From: Anaerolineae bacterium
GTDB taxonomy: Bacteria; Chloroflexota; Anaerolineae; Aggregatilineales; Phototrophicaceae
DNA length: 59,796 nucleotides
NCBI GenBank assembly: GCA_012270545.1
Contig: JAAXID010000132.1
Location: forward strand, 17,236 to 77,031
Direction: 5' to 3'
The translations under genes were made by a program, and so were the position numbers. Shown here in pieces: positions 35,249-43,930 of the stretch. Every line of letters starts with the position of its first letter. The stretch's first letter is position 1. The notes beneath the pieces are model-generated. The model was not told where the DNA came from. It saw only the letters and a list, made by a program, of their open reading frames with translations, and made no database searches.

Positions 35249-37372
35249 CTGGCCGATAACGCGTCGAGTCCACTCACCGCTGCGCAGTCCGAGCTTGCGC
35301 GGGCGCCGCTCAAACGCAAAATCTGGCTCGAGGGCATCGCCGGCAGCGGCAAGACGAGTGTCGGCGTTGCGCGAGTCTTGCATTTGCTGGAGCGCGGGGC
35401 GCCGGCTGAATCGATCTTGATATTTGTGCCGCAGCGTTCATTGGCGCAGCCTTATATCACGGCCTTGCGCGGCTGGACGGCACATCGAGGCGGGCAAGTC
35501 TCGGTGCAGACTATCGGCAGCTTGTCTCTGCAGATGGTGGAGGCTTTCTGGTTCCTCATCGCTGGCGATGCCGGCTTCAAGCACCCGCGCGATCTGCCGA
35601 ACTTTCTCAGCCTGGAACTGGTGCAGTATTTCATGACGCGCGCCATCGAGCCGCTGGTTGATGAACGGGATTACTTCAACAGTGTGCGGATTGACCGACC
35701 GCGGCTTTACAGTCAGATAGTCGACAATATGAATAAGGCGGCGCTGGTCGGCTTTCCCATCAGCGAGATCGGTTCTCGCCTGAAAACGGCGCTGGCGAGC
35801 GGGGTGGAGCAGGCGCATATCTTCGATGACGCGCAGACCTGTGCCCTGGCTTTTCGCAAATATTGCCTAGAGCATAATTTGCTGGATTTCTCATTGCAGC
35901 TGGAGGTCTTTCGCGACCATGTCTGGGCGGCGCCACCGGCGCAGGGATATCTGCGCGGGCGCTGCAAGCATCTCATTGTCGACGGCGCTGAAGAAGATAA
36001 TCCGGCATCTCATGGTTTCCTGAGTGATCTGCTGGAGAGCTGCGAATCGGCGCTGATCATCTACGACCGTGACGCCGGCTTTCGCCGTTTTCTGGGCGCG
36101 GATCCCAATAACGCGCGCCGCTTGCGCGACCGCTGCGATGTGAAAACGACGCTTGACGAGACCTTTGTGATGGGGGAGGCGGTGGCGGAGCTGGGCGCGC
36201 AGTTGGCGGCGCAGTTGGGCATCTCCGTCACAGCGGAGCGCGATGCCGATCCGCGACCGGCATTGATTACGGAGGCGCACCGCTATCATCCGGAAATGGT
36301 GGACTGGGTGGCGCGGCAGGTTGACATGCTTGTGCGCCAACGGGATGTCTTGCCGAATGATATCGTGATACTGGCGCCATTCATGTCCGACGCGCTCCGC
36401 TTCGGCTTGGCGGATGGCTTGGCGCAACGCGGGATTTCTGTGCGGTCGCATCGGCCCTCGCGGGCGCTGCGCGATGAGCCGGCCGCCCGAACCTTGCTTA
36501 CCCTGGCGCGGCTGGCGCATCCGCACTGGGACCTGCCGCCGGCCGATTTCGATATCGTCTTCGCCTTGATGGCGGCGATCAAGGACCTTGATCTGGTGCG
36601 CGCCAAACTGTTGACGGAGATGCTGCATCGGAATGGTCGGCTGCTGCCCTTTGCCGAGGTGCGCTCGACCGCCATGCAAGGGCGCATCACTTTTGATCTG
36701 GGCGAGCGTTATGACCGGCTGGCGGCCTGGATAAACCGCTACATTGATGAGGCCCGGAACGATGCCATCGATATCTTCTTCCGGCGGCTGTTTGGCGGGT
36801 TGCTGTCGCGCGCTGGCTTCGGCTTTCACGATGATGTCGATGCCGGCAATATCAGCATGAATCTTGTCGATTCCGCCCGCGGCTTCCGCTGGTCGCTCGA
36901 CTTCATGAGCCGCTATGACGTCGATATCGATCTGGGGCTGGATTATGTGAAAATGGTGGATCGCGGCATTATCGCCAACTTTTATCTGCGGGATTGGATC
37001 GCGGATGCGGAAGAGGCTGTCTTGATCGCGCCGGCTTATACATTCCTGCTGAACAACCGGCCGGTGGATTATCAGTTCTGGCTCAACATCGGCAGTGAGG
37101 GCTGGTCGCGCCGGTTGTATCAGCCCTTGACCCACCCCTACGTATTGAGCCGTGGCTGGCCGCCCGGCGCGCTATGGACCGAGGATGAGGAGCAGCATTT
37201 GAGTCGCGAGTCGCTTGGGCGGCTTCTGCTGGCATTGACGCGCCGTTGCCGCAAAGCGATATACCTGGGTTACAGCGAGCTCAGCGAAAGCGGCTACGAG
37301 CAGCGCGGGCTGCTCCTGGAGACGATACAGAGCCTGCTGCGGCGGCTCGCGCAGGACGGGCAACATGTTTAA
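35249..37372 (+). CDS. Degenerate UvrD/AddB-like ATPase subunit (P-loop intact, helicase motifs II/III degenerate)
   Basis: The reading frame is open from 35243. P-loop GIAGSGKTS is encoded at 35333-35359, upstream of the first canonical start (TTG 35378). Motif II reads IVDGAEEDN and motif III reads AGFRRFLGAD. The C-terminal LTRRCRKAIYLGY resembles motif VI. Start tentatively set at CTG 35249 (AGGA 9 nt upstream). Confidence 0.65.
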   Translation: MADNASSPLTAAQSELARAPLKRKIWLEGIAGSGKTSVGVARVLHLLERGAPAESILIFVPQRSLAQPYITALRGWTAHRGGQVSVQTIGSLSLQMVEAFWFLIAGDAGFKHPRDLPNFLSLELVQYFMTRAIEPLVDERDYFNSVRIDRPRLYSQIVDNMNKAALVGFPISEIGSRLKTALASGVEQAHIFDDAQTCALAFRKYCLEHNLLDFSLQLEVFRDHVWAAPPAQGYLRGRCKHLIVDGAEEDNPASHGFLSDLLESCESALIIYDRDAGFRRFLGADPNNARRLRDRCDVKTTLDETFVMGEAVAELGAQLAAQLGISVTAERDADPRPALITEAHRYHPEMVDWVARQVDMLVRQRDVLPNDIVILAPFMSDALRFGLADGLAQRGISVRSHRPSRALRDEPAARTLLTLARLAHPHWDLPPADFDIVFALMAAIKDLDLVRAKLLTEMLHRNGRLLPFAEVRSTAMQGRITFDLGERYDRLAAWINRYIDEARNDAIDIFFRRLFGGLLSRAGFGFHDDVDAGNISMNLVDSARGFRWSLDFMSRYDVDIDLGLDYVKMVDRGIIANFYLRDWIADAEEAVLIAPAYTFLLNNRPVDYQFWLNIGSEGWSRRLYQPLTHPYVLSRGWPPGALWTEDEEQHLSRESLGRLLLALTRRCRKAIYLGYSELSESGYEQRGLLLETIQSLLRRLAQDGQHV

Positions 37373-39602
37373 GCCGCGGCCCAAACAGGCGGAAGTGCTG
37401 GCCTATCGGCGCGGTTATATGGGTGTGGCGGCCGTGCCAGGCAGCGGCAAAACAGCGACGCTCTCGTACCTGGCGGCGCAATTGCTGGCGGAGACGGACC
37501 TGGCTGACGGACAGGAAATCCTGATCGTCACTTACGCTAATTCGGGAGTTGCAAATTTCGCGCGGCAAATCAAAGAATACGTCAAGGGGGACGGCCTGCT
37601 GCCCGGCTACGGCTATCGCGTGCGCACCTTGCACGGCCTGGCGAACGATATCGTCCGCGGCAAGCCCACCGCCGCAGGTCTCGACGATCAGTTCACCATC
37701 GTCGACGAACGTGAGAGCAACGCGATCCTGGCCGAGGCCGTTGATGCCTGGATCCGTCGTTATCCGGAAGCGCCCGCTGCCTACCTGGCGCCTGAGCATG
37801 TGGAGAAGGGACACTACCGAACGCAGAAGTGGGCGGAGCTCTTGACCGAGACGGCGCGCAGCTTCATCAAGCAGGCGAAGGACGATCTGCTGACGCCGCT
37901 CGATGTCGGCAGAATGCTCGACGCTTACCCGGGCGAACTGCTGCTGGCGGAGATTTGCGCTGAAATCTATGACGATTACGATCGCGCGCTGGCCTATCGC
38001 GGAGCGGTCGATTTTCAAGACTTGATCCGCCTGGCGCTGAAGGTGCTGCGGGAAGAGCCGGCCTATCTGGCTTCGATGCGGCGCAAGTGGGTCTACATTC
38101 TGGAAGATGAAGCGCAGGATAGTTCGTGGCTGCAAGAAGACATCTTGCGAACGCTGGCGGGGGAGGGCGGCAACTGGGTGCGCGTCGGCGACCCCAATCA
38201 AGCGATCTACGAGACCTTCACCACCGCCGACCCCAAGTATCTGCGCGAATTCATCGCGTCGGCTGGGGTCGTAGATCGCGAGCTGCCCAACTCCGGGCGC
38301 AGCACGCGCAGCATTCAGAAGTTGGCGAATTACCTGATCACCTGGTCGCTTGCGCATCCCCACCAGACGATCCGCGACCGCATGCCACTGAGCAAACCCT
38401 ATATTCAGCCGACGCCGCCGGGTGATCCACAGCCCAACCCGGTGGACAATCCGGACGTGGTGGTCTTGTTCGCGGAAGCTTACAGCGCGACCAAAGAAGC
38501 CATGATCGTGACGGAATCCTGTAAGCGCTGGCTGGCGGCGAACCCAGAGGGGACGGCGGCGATACTGGTGGCGCGCAACACACGCGGCGCGGAGATCGTC
38601 AAATTTCTGCGTCAGTCGGCTGTGCCTTATGTCGAGAATCTCAACAGCACCTCATCGACGCGCGCGGTGGTCGGCGCCCTTTCGCGCGTGCTTGGCTATT
38701 TGGCCGACCCCAAAAGCGCGGGAAAGCTGGCGGAGGTGTATCGTGTCTGGCGGCGTGATGATCGTGATGATGCGGCGGCGGTCGCCGAGATCAAGGGAAC
38801 AACTGACGCGCTGAGGCGAATCAAGAAAGTGGAAGACCTGGTCGCACCTCGTCTGAGCGACTGGCTCGAAGACATCGCTGAAGAAGGTGATGGAGCGCAA
38901 TACGATGGTCTGCAAATTTTTCGCGAGCGAGTTGGCGCCTGGCTGCGCGCCGCCGAGATGCCCATTGATCAACTGATATTGACGATCGCCGGCGACATAT
39001 TTCGTGATGTGAGCGAGATCGCGACGGCGCACATGGTCGCGCTTTATCTGGCGCGCCTGGCTGACACCCACCCGCTGATGCGCCCCCCGGAATTCGCCGC
39101 CGAGCTATACGATATCGCCAGCAACAAACGCCGCTTCACTGGCTTGAGCGATGACGAAGGGCAATTCGACCCCGACGCACACAAGGGCAAAGTAATCGTG
39201 ACCACGCTGCATAAGGCCAAGGGACTGGAATGGGATCGCGTCTATATGATCTCGATCAACAACTACGACTTTCCCTCTGCCGAAGCCAACGACAGCTTCA
39301 TCGGCGAGAAGTGGTACATCCGTGATGATCTCAATCTGTCGGCCGAAGTGCTGGCGCAGTTGACGGCGCTGCAAGAGGGGGGCAGCTACAAGGAAGGCTT
39401 AGCCAGCCTGAACGCGCGCATCGACTACGCCGCCGAACGCTTGCGCCTGCTCTATGTCGGCATCACCCGGGCGCGCAAAGCCTTGACCATCACCTGGAAT
39501 ACGGGCCGAGGCGAGGCGACTGAAGCGACCCCGTTGCTGGCTCTGCGCACCTTCTGGGAAGGCGAGCAAATGAAGGAGGCGGATCGTGAGCCTCAGCGCT
39601 GA
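37365..39602 (+). CDS. UvrD/Rep/AddA-type SF1A DNA helicase without a nuclease domain
   Basis: 745 aa with AVPGSGKTATL (I), ILEDEAQDSS (II), VGDPNQAIY (III), TLHKAKGLEWDRVY (V) and LLYVGITRARKAL (VI). The ATG overlaps the upstream stop (ATGTTTAA). Confidence 0.85.
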   Translation: MFKPRPKQAEVLAYRRGYMGVAAVPGSGKTATLSYLAAQLLAETDLADGQEILIVTYANSGVANFARQIKEYVKGDGLLPGYGYRVRTLHGLANDIVRGKPTAAGLDDQFTIVDERESNAILAEAVDAWIRRYPEAPAAYLAPEHVEKGHYRTQKWAELLTETARSFIKQAKDDLLTPLDVGRMLDAYPGELLLAEICAEIYDDYDRALAYRGAVDFQDLIRLALKVLREEPAYLASMRRKWVYILEDEAQDSSWLQEDILRTLAGEGGNWVRVGDPNQAIYETFTTADPKYLREFIASAGVVDRELPNSGRSTRSIQKLANYLITWSLAHPHQTIRDRMPLSKPYIQPTPPGDPQPNPVDNPDVVVLFAEAYSATKEAMIVTESCKRWLAANPEGTAAILVARNTRGAEIVKFLRQSAVPYVENLNSTSSTRAVVGALSRVLGYLADPKSAGKLAEVYRVWRRDDRDDAAAVAEIKGTTDALRRIKKVEDLVAPRLSDWLEDIAEEGDGAQYDGLQIFRERVGAWLRAAEMPIDQLILTIAGDIFRDVSEIATAHMVALYLARLADTHPLMRPPEFAAELYDIASNKRRFTGLSDDEGQFDPDAHKGKVIVTTLHKAKGLEWDRVYMISINNYDFPSAEANDSFIGEKWYIRDDLNLSAEVLAQLTALQEGGSYKEGLASLNARIDYAAERLRLLYVGITRARKALTITWNTGRGEATEATPLLALRTFWEGEQMKEADREPQR

Positions 39603-40413
39603 TTTCGCCTTCACGCAGGGAAGCCTGCAAGATTATGTCGATTGCCCCCGCCGCTTTGAGCTGCGCTTCATCAAACGAATGCGCTACCCGGCGCTGGAAG
39701 TGCAGGAGCCGCTGCAATTCGAGAAGCGGATGCGACAGGGCGCGCGCTTTCACAAACTCGTGCAGCAGCATCTGCTCGGCGTGCCGGCTGAGGCGCTGTC
39801 GGCGTCGCTGGCCGATGATGAGGAATTAGCGCGTTGGTGGGCGAACTACTTGGCGCGCGGCTTGACCGATCTGCCGGCGCAGCGTCACAGCGAGATCACG
39901 TTGCAGACGCAGCTGGCTGGTCGCCGGCTGGTGGCGAAATATGATTTGCTGGCGCTGGCGCCGGGCGGGCAGGCGGTCATCGTCGATTGGAAGACGGGAG
40001 CGCGCCTGCCATCGCAAGCATACCTGCGCGGGCGGATGCAGACGATCGTCTATCGTTATGTGTTGGCGCAAGCGGGCGCTCACCTGTACGCCGGCGAGGG
40101 TATTCCGCCGGAGCGGATCCGCATGGATTATGTCTACGTGGCGCAAGGCGGGGAGCGCGTGAGCTTCGAATACTCGGCGGCGGAGATGAGCGAGGACGAA
40201 ACGCTGCTGTCGGAGATGGTCGCGGCGATTGACCGAGCCGAAGCCTTTCCGCTGACCGATGAAGAGAGGCGCTGCCGCTTCTGCAGTTACCGCTCGCTCT
40301 GTGATCGGGGTGAGGCAGGGCGGCTGGAAGATTTCGACGTTGACGAATATGAAGACGACGAGGAAGAAGCCTTCACGCTGGACTTTGATCAGATCGCCGA
40401 GATTGAGTTTTAG
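39586..40413 (+). CDS. Stand-alone PD-(D/E)XK nuclease with Cas4/AddB-type 4Fe-4S cysteine set
   Basis: 275 aa with N-terminal DYVDCPRRFEL, nuclease core YDLLAL…VIVDWKTG and QTIVYRY, and C-terminal CRFCSYRSLC (C…CX2CX5C). The GTG start overlaps the helicase gene by 17 nt. Confidence 0.8.
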   Translation: MSLSADFAFTQGSLQDYVDCPRRFELRFIKRMRYPALEVQEPLQFEKRMRQGARFHKLVQQHLLGVPAEALSASLADDEELARWWANYLARGLTDLPAQRHSEITLQTQLAGRRLVAKYDLLALAPGGQAVIVDWKTGARLPSQAYLRGRMQTIVYRYVLAQAGAHLYAGEGIPPERIRMDYVYVAQGGERVSFEYSAAEMSEDETLLSEMVAAIDRAEAFPLTDEERRCRFCSYRSLCDRGEAGRLEDFDVDEYEDDEEEAFTLDFDQIAEIEF

Positions 40414-40429
40414 GAGGAGAGGACAGAGC

Positions 40430-41629
40430 ATGAAAATCGATCGCATCCGCAGCCTGCACGTCAGCGCCGAGTGGGATTACCACGAACCGCTCGGCGAAGC
40501 CCATCTCTCGCGGCCGGAGAGCATCTATCCCGAGCTTGAAGCGCGCGTACCGAGCTGGCCTGTGCCTGATAAGTCGAGCGGACCGCCTTACGCCCTGGAG
40601 GCGCACTTTCTGCTCATCGACACCGATGAAGGCGCGACTGGCATCTGCGGGCCGGTCAGTGATGAAGATATCGCCATCATCAATCGCTATTTCGTCGACA
40701 TCCTCATCGGCGAAGATCCGCAGGCCATTGAGCGCATCTGGGACAAGATGTACCGCCGTTCGATCCACGGCCGCAAAGGAACGCCGATGATGGCGCAGAG
40801 CAAGGTCGATCTGGCACTCTGGGACCTAAAGGGCAAGCTCTTGGATGCGCCGGTCCATCAGTTGCTCGGCGGACCCAGCCGCAGCAGAATACGGGCATAC
40901 GCGTCGATGCTGGGTTACTCGGTCGAGCCGAACAAGGTGGTCGAGCGGACGCGGCACTTCCTGGCGCAGGGTTATACCGCCTTCAAGTGGTTCCTGCCCT
41001 GCGCGCCCAAAGATGGCGAGCCCGGCATTCGGGTGAATCTGGCGGTTATCCGCGCCGCGCGAGAAGCGGCCGGCCCCGATGTCGATCTGATGTTCGATGC
41101 CTGGAGCAGCTGGAATGTGCCCTACACGCTGCGCATGGTCGAGCTATCGCGCGAGTACCGCCCATATTGGTTCGAAGAGCCGGTGCTGGCCGATTTGATC
41201 CCGCAATATGCCGAGCTGCGAAAAGCGGTCAGTGGCGTCTTCATCAGCGGCGGCGAGCATGAGTATACGCGCTGGGGCATCAAAGCGCTGCTGGATGCGC
41301 GCGCGGTGGATGTCTTGCAAGCCGATGTGACCTGGGCCGGCGGTTTGAGCGAGATGACAAAGATTTGCGCCTTGGCCTCGGCCTACGACATCCCGGTGAT
41401 CCCGCATCACGGCGGCTGGCCCTCCACCCATTTGATCGCCTCGCAGAGCTTGACCACCTGCCCAATGCAGGAGTGGCTCATTCAGCACGGCCGCATGCCC
41501 AACGTCTTCTACAAGCACAAGCTGAATCCGGTCGGCGGGCATATCGATGTGCCGAATGCACCCGGCCTGAACATGGACCTGGCGGAAGAAGGCGTAACCA
41601 TGCTCGAGGAGCGGACGCTGACGGGCTGA
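40430..41629 (+). CDS. Enolase-superfamily enzyme (mandelate racemase / acid-sugar dehydratase-like)
   Basis: Internal ATG after GGAGGAG. KVDLALWDLKGK, DAWSSW, FEEP and GGEHE are consistent with MR-subgroup metal ligands. Confidence 0.8.
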   Translation: MKIDRIRSLHVSAEWDYHEPLGEAHLSRPESIYPELEARVPSWPVPDKSSGPPYALEAHFLLIDTDEGATGICGPVSDEDIAIINRYFVDILIGEDPQAIERIWDKMYRRSIHGRKGTPMMAQSKVDLALWDLKGKLLDAPVHQLLGGPSRSRIRAYASMLGYSVEPNKVVERTRHFLAQGYTAFKWFLPCAPKDGEPGIRVNLAVIRAAREAAGPDVDLMFDAWSSWNVPYTLRMVELSREYRPYWFEEPVLADLIPQYAELRKAVSGVFISGGEHEYTRWGIKALLDARAVDVLQADVTWAGGLSEMTKICALASAYDIPVIPHHGGWPSTHLIASQSLTTCPMQEWLIQHGRMPNVFYKHKLNPVGGHIDVPNAPGLNMDLAEEGVTMLEERTLTG

Positions 41630-43926
41630 TGGGGAGACAGGGGCATCCGCGAAGGGAATGGCGGGAACCGGCGCCGGTAGAGGTGCCAAAGCCGCTCGCT
41701 GACCTCGCCGGTGGGCATACGTTGGTCGGGCAGTACTTGGTGCGAAAAGGCATCACATCCGTCTCTGCGGCCGAGCGCTTCCTCTCGCCCGAGAAGTACA
41801 GGCCCGCAGCGCCCGGCGAATTGCCTGATATTGACCGCGCCGTTGAGCGGCTGGAAGGCGCGCTCCGGGACCAAGAGCGTATCCTGATTTGGGGCGACTT
41901 TGATGTTGATGGCCAGACATCGACCGCGCTGCTCTATTCGGCGCTGAAGCGGCGCGGCGCGCGCGTGAGCTACCATGTGCCGAATCGCTTCAGTGAAGGG
42001 CATGGCATTCACCTGCCCACCTTGAAGGGACAGCTCGATGGCGGCGTCGACTTGATCCTGACCTGCGACACCGGCATCAGCGCCCACGACGCCATCGACT
42101 ATGCCGCGAGCCGCGGCGTCGATACGATCATCACCGATCATCATGCGCTGCCTGAGAAGCTGCCGCCTGCTGCTGCCGTGGTCAACCCGCGCCGCTTGCC
42201 CGCGGGACATGCGCTGCGCGAGCTGCCCGGCGTCGGCGTCGCCTACAAGCTCATCGAGGCGCTCTATCGCGGTGCTGACAGCAACTTTCTGCTGGATCTG
42301 GTCGCGCTCGGTATCGTCTCCGATGTCATGACGCAGGTCGATGACACGCGTTATCTCTTGCAGCGCGGTCTGGAGGGGCTGCGGGCGAATCAGCGGCTGG
42401 GCTTGAAAGCGATTCTGGAACGGGCGCAGATCCCGGCGGCCGAGCTCAACGAAGGGCATATCGGTTTTGCGATCGCGCCGCGATTGAATGCGCTGGGGCG
42501 GCTCGCTGACGCCAAGCCGGCCGTCGAGCTATTAACCACGGACGATTGGGGGCGGGCGCGCATCCTGGCCAATACGCTCGAGGGTTTCAACGCACGGCGC
42601 AAATACCTGTCGAATCAGGTTTATGAGTCGGCGATCGCCCAGATCGAAGCCGCGCCCTGGCTGTTGGAATATGCGGCGCTCGTGCTGAGTCATGCGGATT
42701 GGCATAGTGGCGTGATTGGCATAGTGGCCAGTCGGCTGGTCGAAGAGTTCGGCATGCCGGTCCTGCTGATCGCGGCGCCTGCTGAGACGGGACGCGGCTC
42801 GGCGCGGTCGGTTGAGGGCGTGGATATTACGGTTGCCTTGAGGGAGGTGGCGAACTATTTGAATCGCTATGGCGGGCACAGCATGGCGGCCGGGTTCAGT
42901 TTGCCCGCCGAAAAGGTCTTCCAATTCCGACGCGCCCTCTCGCGGACCATTCGCGAAATGGTCGGCGACGCGCCTATGAGGCCGTCGCTTGCGATTGACG
43001 ATTATTTGAACTTGGCGGATATCTCGCTGAATCTAACGGCCGATATTGAGCGGCTGGCGCCATTTGGAAACGGCAATCCGCCGCTGACCCTGGCGACGCG
43101 CAATTTAAGCGTGGCGAGCCGCAGGGGACTCGGACGCCGCGGGGAGCATCTGCAAGTTGAGGTTGAAGATGAGCGGGGGCGGCGGCAGCGGGTCATCTGG
43201 TGGCGGGGCGCGCGGGGCGATTTGCCGGGTGGGCGCTTCGACCTCGCCTATACCTTGCGCACGAGCGTCTATAAGGGTGAACGTGAAGCGCTCGTCGAGT
43301 GGCTGGATTATCGTCCGCTCAGCTCGGAACCGATTGAGATTGCGGCCGAGGCGCCCGCCTATGAGCTATTGGATATGCGTCTAAGCGCGCACCCGCGGGC
43401 CGAATTGGCAGAGGCGCGCGACCTGTATCCCAGCGCGCTGGTCTGGGCGGAAGGGGAAAAGGTTGATGGCGCGGTCGACAGGCTGGGTCTGCGATTGAGC
43501 GAAACGCTGATCGTCGGGACTGTCCCGCCATCGGCTGCGACCTGGTCGGCGGCGCTGGTGACAGTGAATCCTGAAAGGCTCATCCTGTTCAGCTTGCGAC
43601 CGCCCACGGAGACGATCCGGGACTTTCTGGCGCGCCTGGCGGCTTTGATCAAATACGCCGTTAAGCAAAAGCGTGGGCTCGTGGGACTGGATGACCTGGC
43701 GGCGGCGCTGGGCGAGCGCGAGCGCAGCGTCCAAGTCGGATTGCAAGTGCTGCGCGCGCTGGGTAAACTCAACTATCAGGTGGGGGCGACCGGCGAGTAT
43801 CATCTGGAATTGGCTGATGCCGAGCCGAGCGACCAACTTGAAGACCTGCAAAAACGGCTGGGCTTGCTGCTGCGAGAAACGCGCGCCTACCGCAACTATT
43901 GGCTGAGGATGAAGATTCAGGATTGA
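41629..43926 (+). CDS. recJ: Single-stranded-DNA-specific exonuclease RecJ
   Basis: ATGA overlap with the enolase-family stop. DHH motifs ILIWGDFDVDGQTS, LILTCDTG and IITDHH, plus a DHHA1 region (GGHSMAAGF). The ORF-track extension back to 41365 lies inside the upstream gene. Confidence 0.85.
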   Translation: MGRQGHPRREWREPAPVEVPKPLADLAGGHTLVGQYLVRKGITSVSAAERFLSPEKYRPAAPGELPDIDRAVERLEGALRDQERILIWGDFDVDGQTSTALLYSALKRRGARVSYHVPNRFSEGHGIHLPTLKGQLDGGVDLILTCDTGISAHDAIDYAASRGVDTIITDHHALPEKLPPAAAVVNPRRLPAGHALRELPGVGVAYKLIEALYRGADSNFLLDLVALGIVSDVMTQVDDTRYLLQRGLEGLRANQRLGLKAILERAQIPAAELNEGHIGFAIAPRLNALGRLADAKPAVELLTTDDWGRARILANTLEGFNARRKYLSNQVYESAIAQIEAAPWLLEYAALVLSHADWHSGVIGIVASRLVEEFGMPVLLIAAPAETGRGSARSVEGVDITVALREVANYLNRYGGHSMAAGFSLPAEKVFQFRRALSRTIREMVGDAPMRPSLAIDDYLNLADISLNLTADIERLAPFGNGNPPLTLATRNLSVASRRGLGRRGEHLQVEVEDERGRRQRVIWWRGARGDLPGGRFDLAYTLRTSVYKGEREALVEWLDYRPLSSEPIEIAAEAPAYELLDMRLSAHPRAELAEARDLYPSALVWAEGEKVDGAVDRLGLRLSETLIVGTVPPSAATWSAALVTVNPERLILFSLRPPTETIRDFLARLAALIKYAVKQKRGLVGLDDLAAALGERERSVQVGLQVLRALGKLNYQVGATGEYHLELADAEPSDQLEDLQKRLGLLLRETRAYRNYWLRMKIQD

Positions 43927-43930
43927 GGAC

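Larger units (their letters stand above)
29968..35250. mobile_element. Plasmid-type replication/partition module (PrimPol, parS, ParB, ParA, wHTH); integrated element or replicon-maintenance region
   Basis: Bounded by AT-rich non-coding stretches (29968-30538 and 35069-35248). The coding sequence is visibly less GC-rich than its flanks. No integrase or direct-repeat ends were found, so the boundaries are approximate. Confidence 0.4.

Noticed and set aside
29968-35250. A search for integrase, transposase, relaxase, a tRNA attachment site or direct-repeat borders for the rep/par island.
   Set aside because: None was recognised. The only shared flank string I saw (GAGCGCAGC) is too short to be meaningful, so I do not call attL/attR or an ICE.
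35891-38363. Long antisense ORFs (35891..37135, 414 aa; 37281..38363, 360 aa) opposite the helicase genes.
   Set aside because: They are Arg/Ala/Gly/Pro-rich with no recognisable motifs, and they lie entirely opposite ORFs with strong helicase motifs. This is the typical shadow-ORF pattern in GC-rich DNA.
41365-41628. The ORF-track N-terminal extension of recJ (853-aa version).
   Set aside because: The extension lies inside the enolase-superfamily gene in another frame and has no RecJ similarity. The ATG at 41629 overlapping the upstream stop gives a normal RecJ N-terminus.
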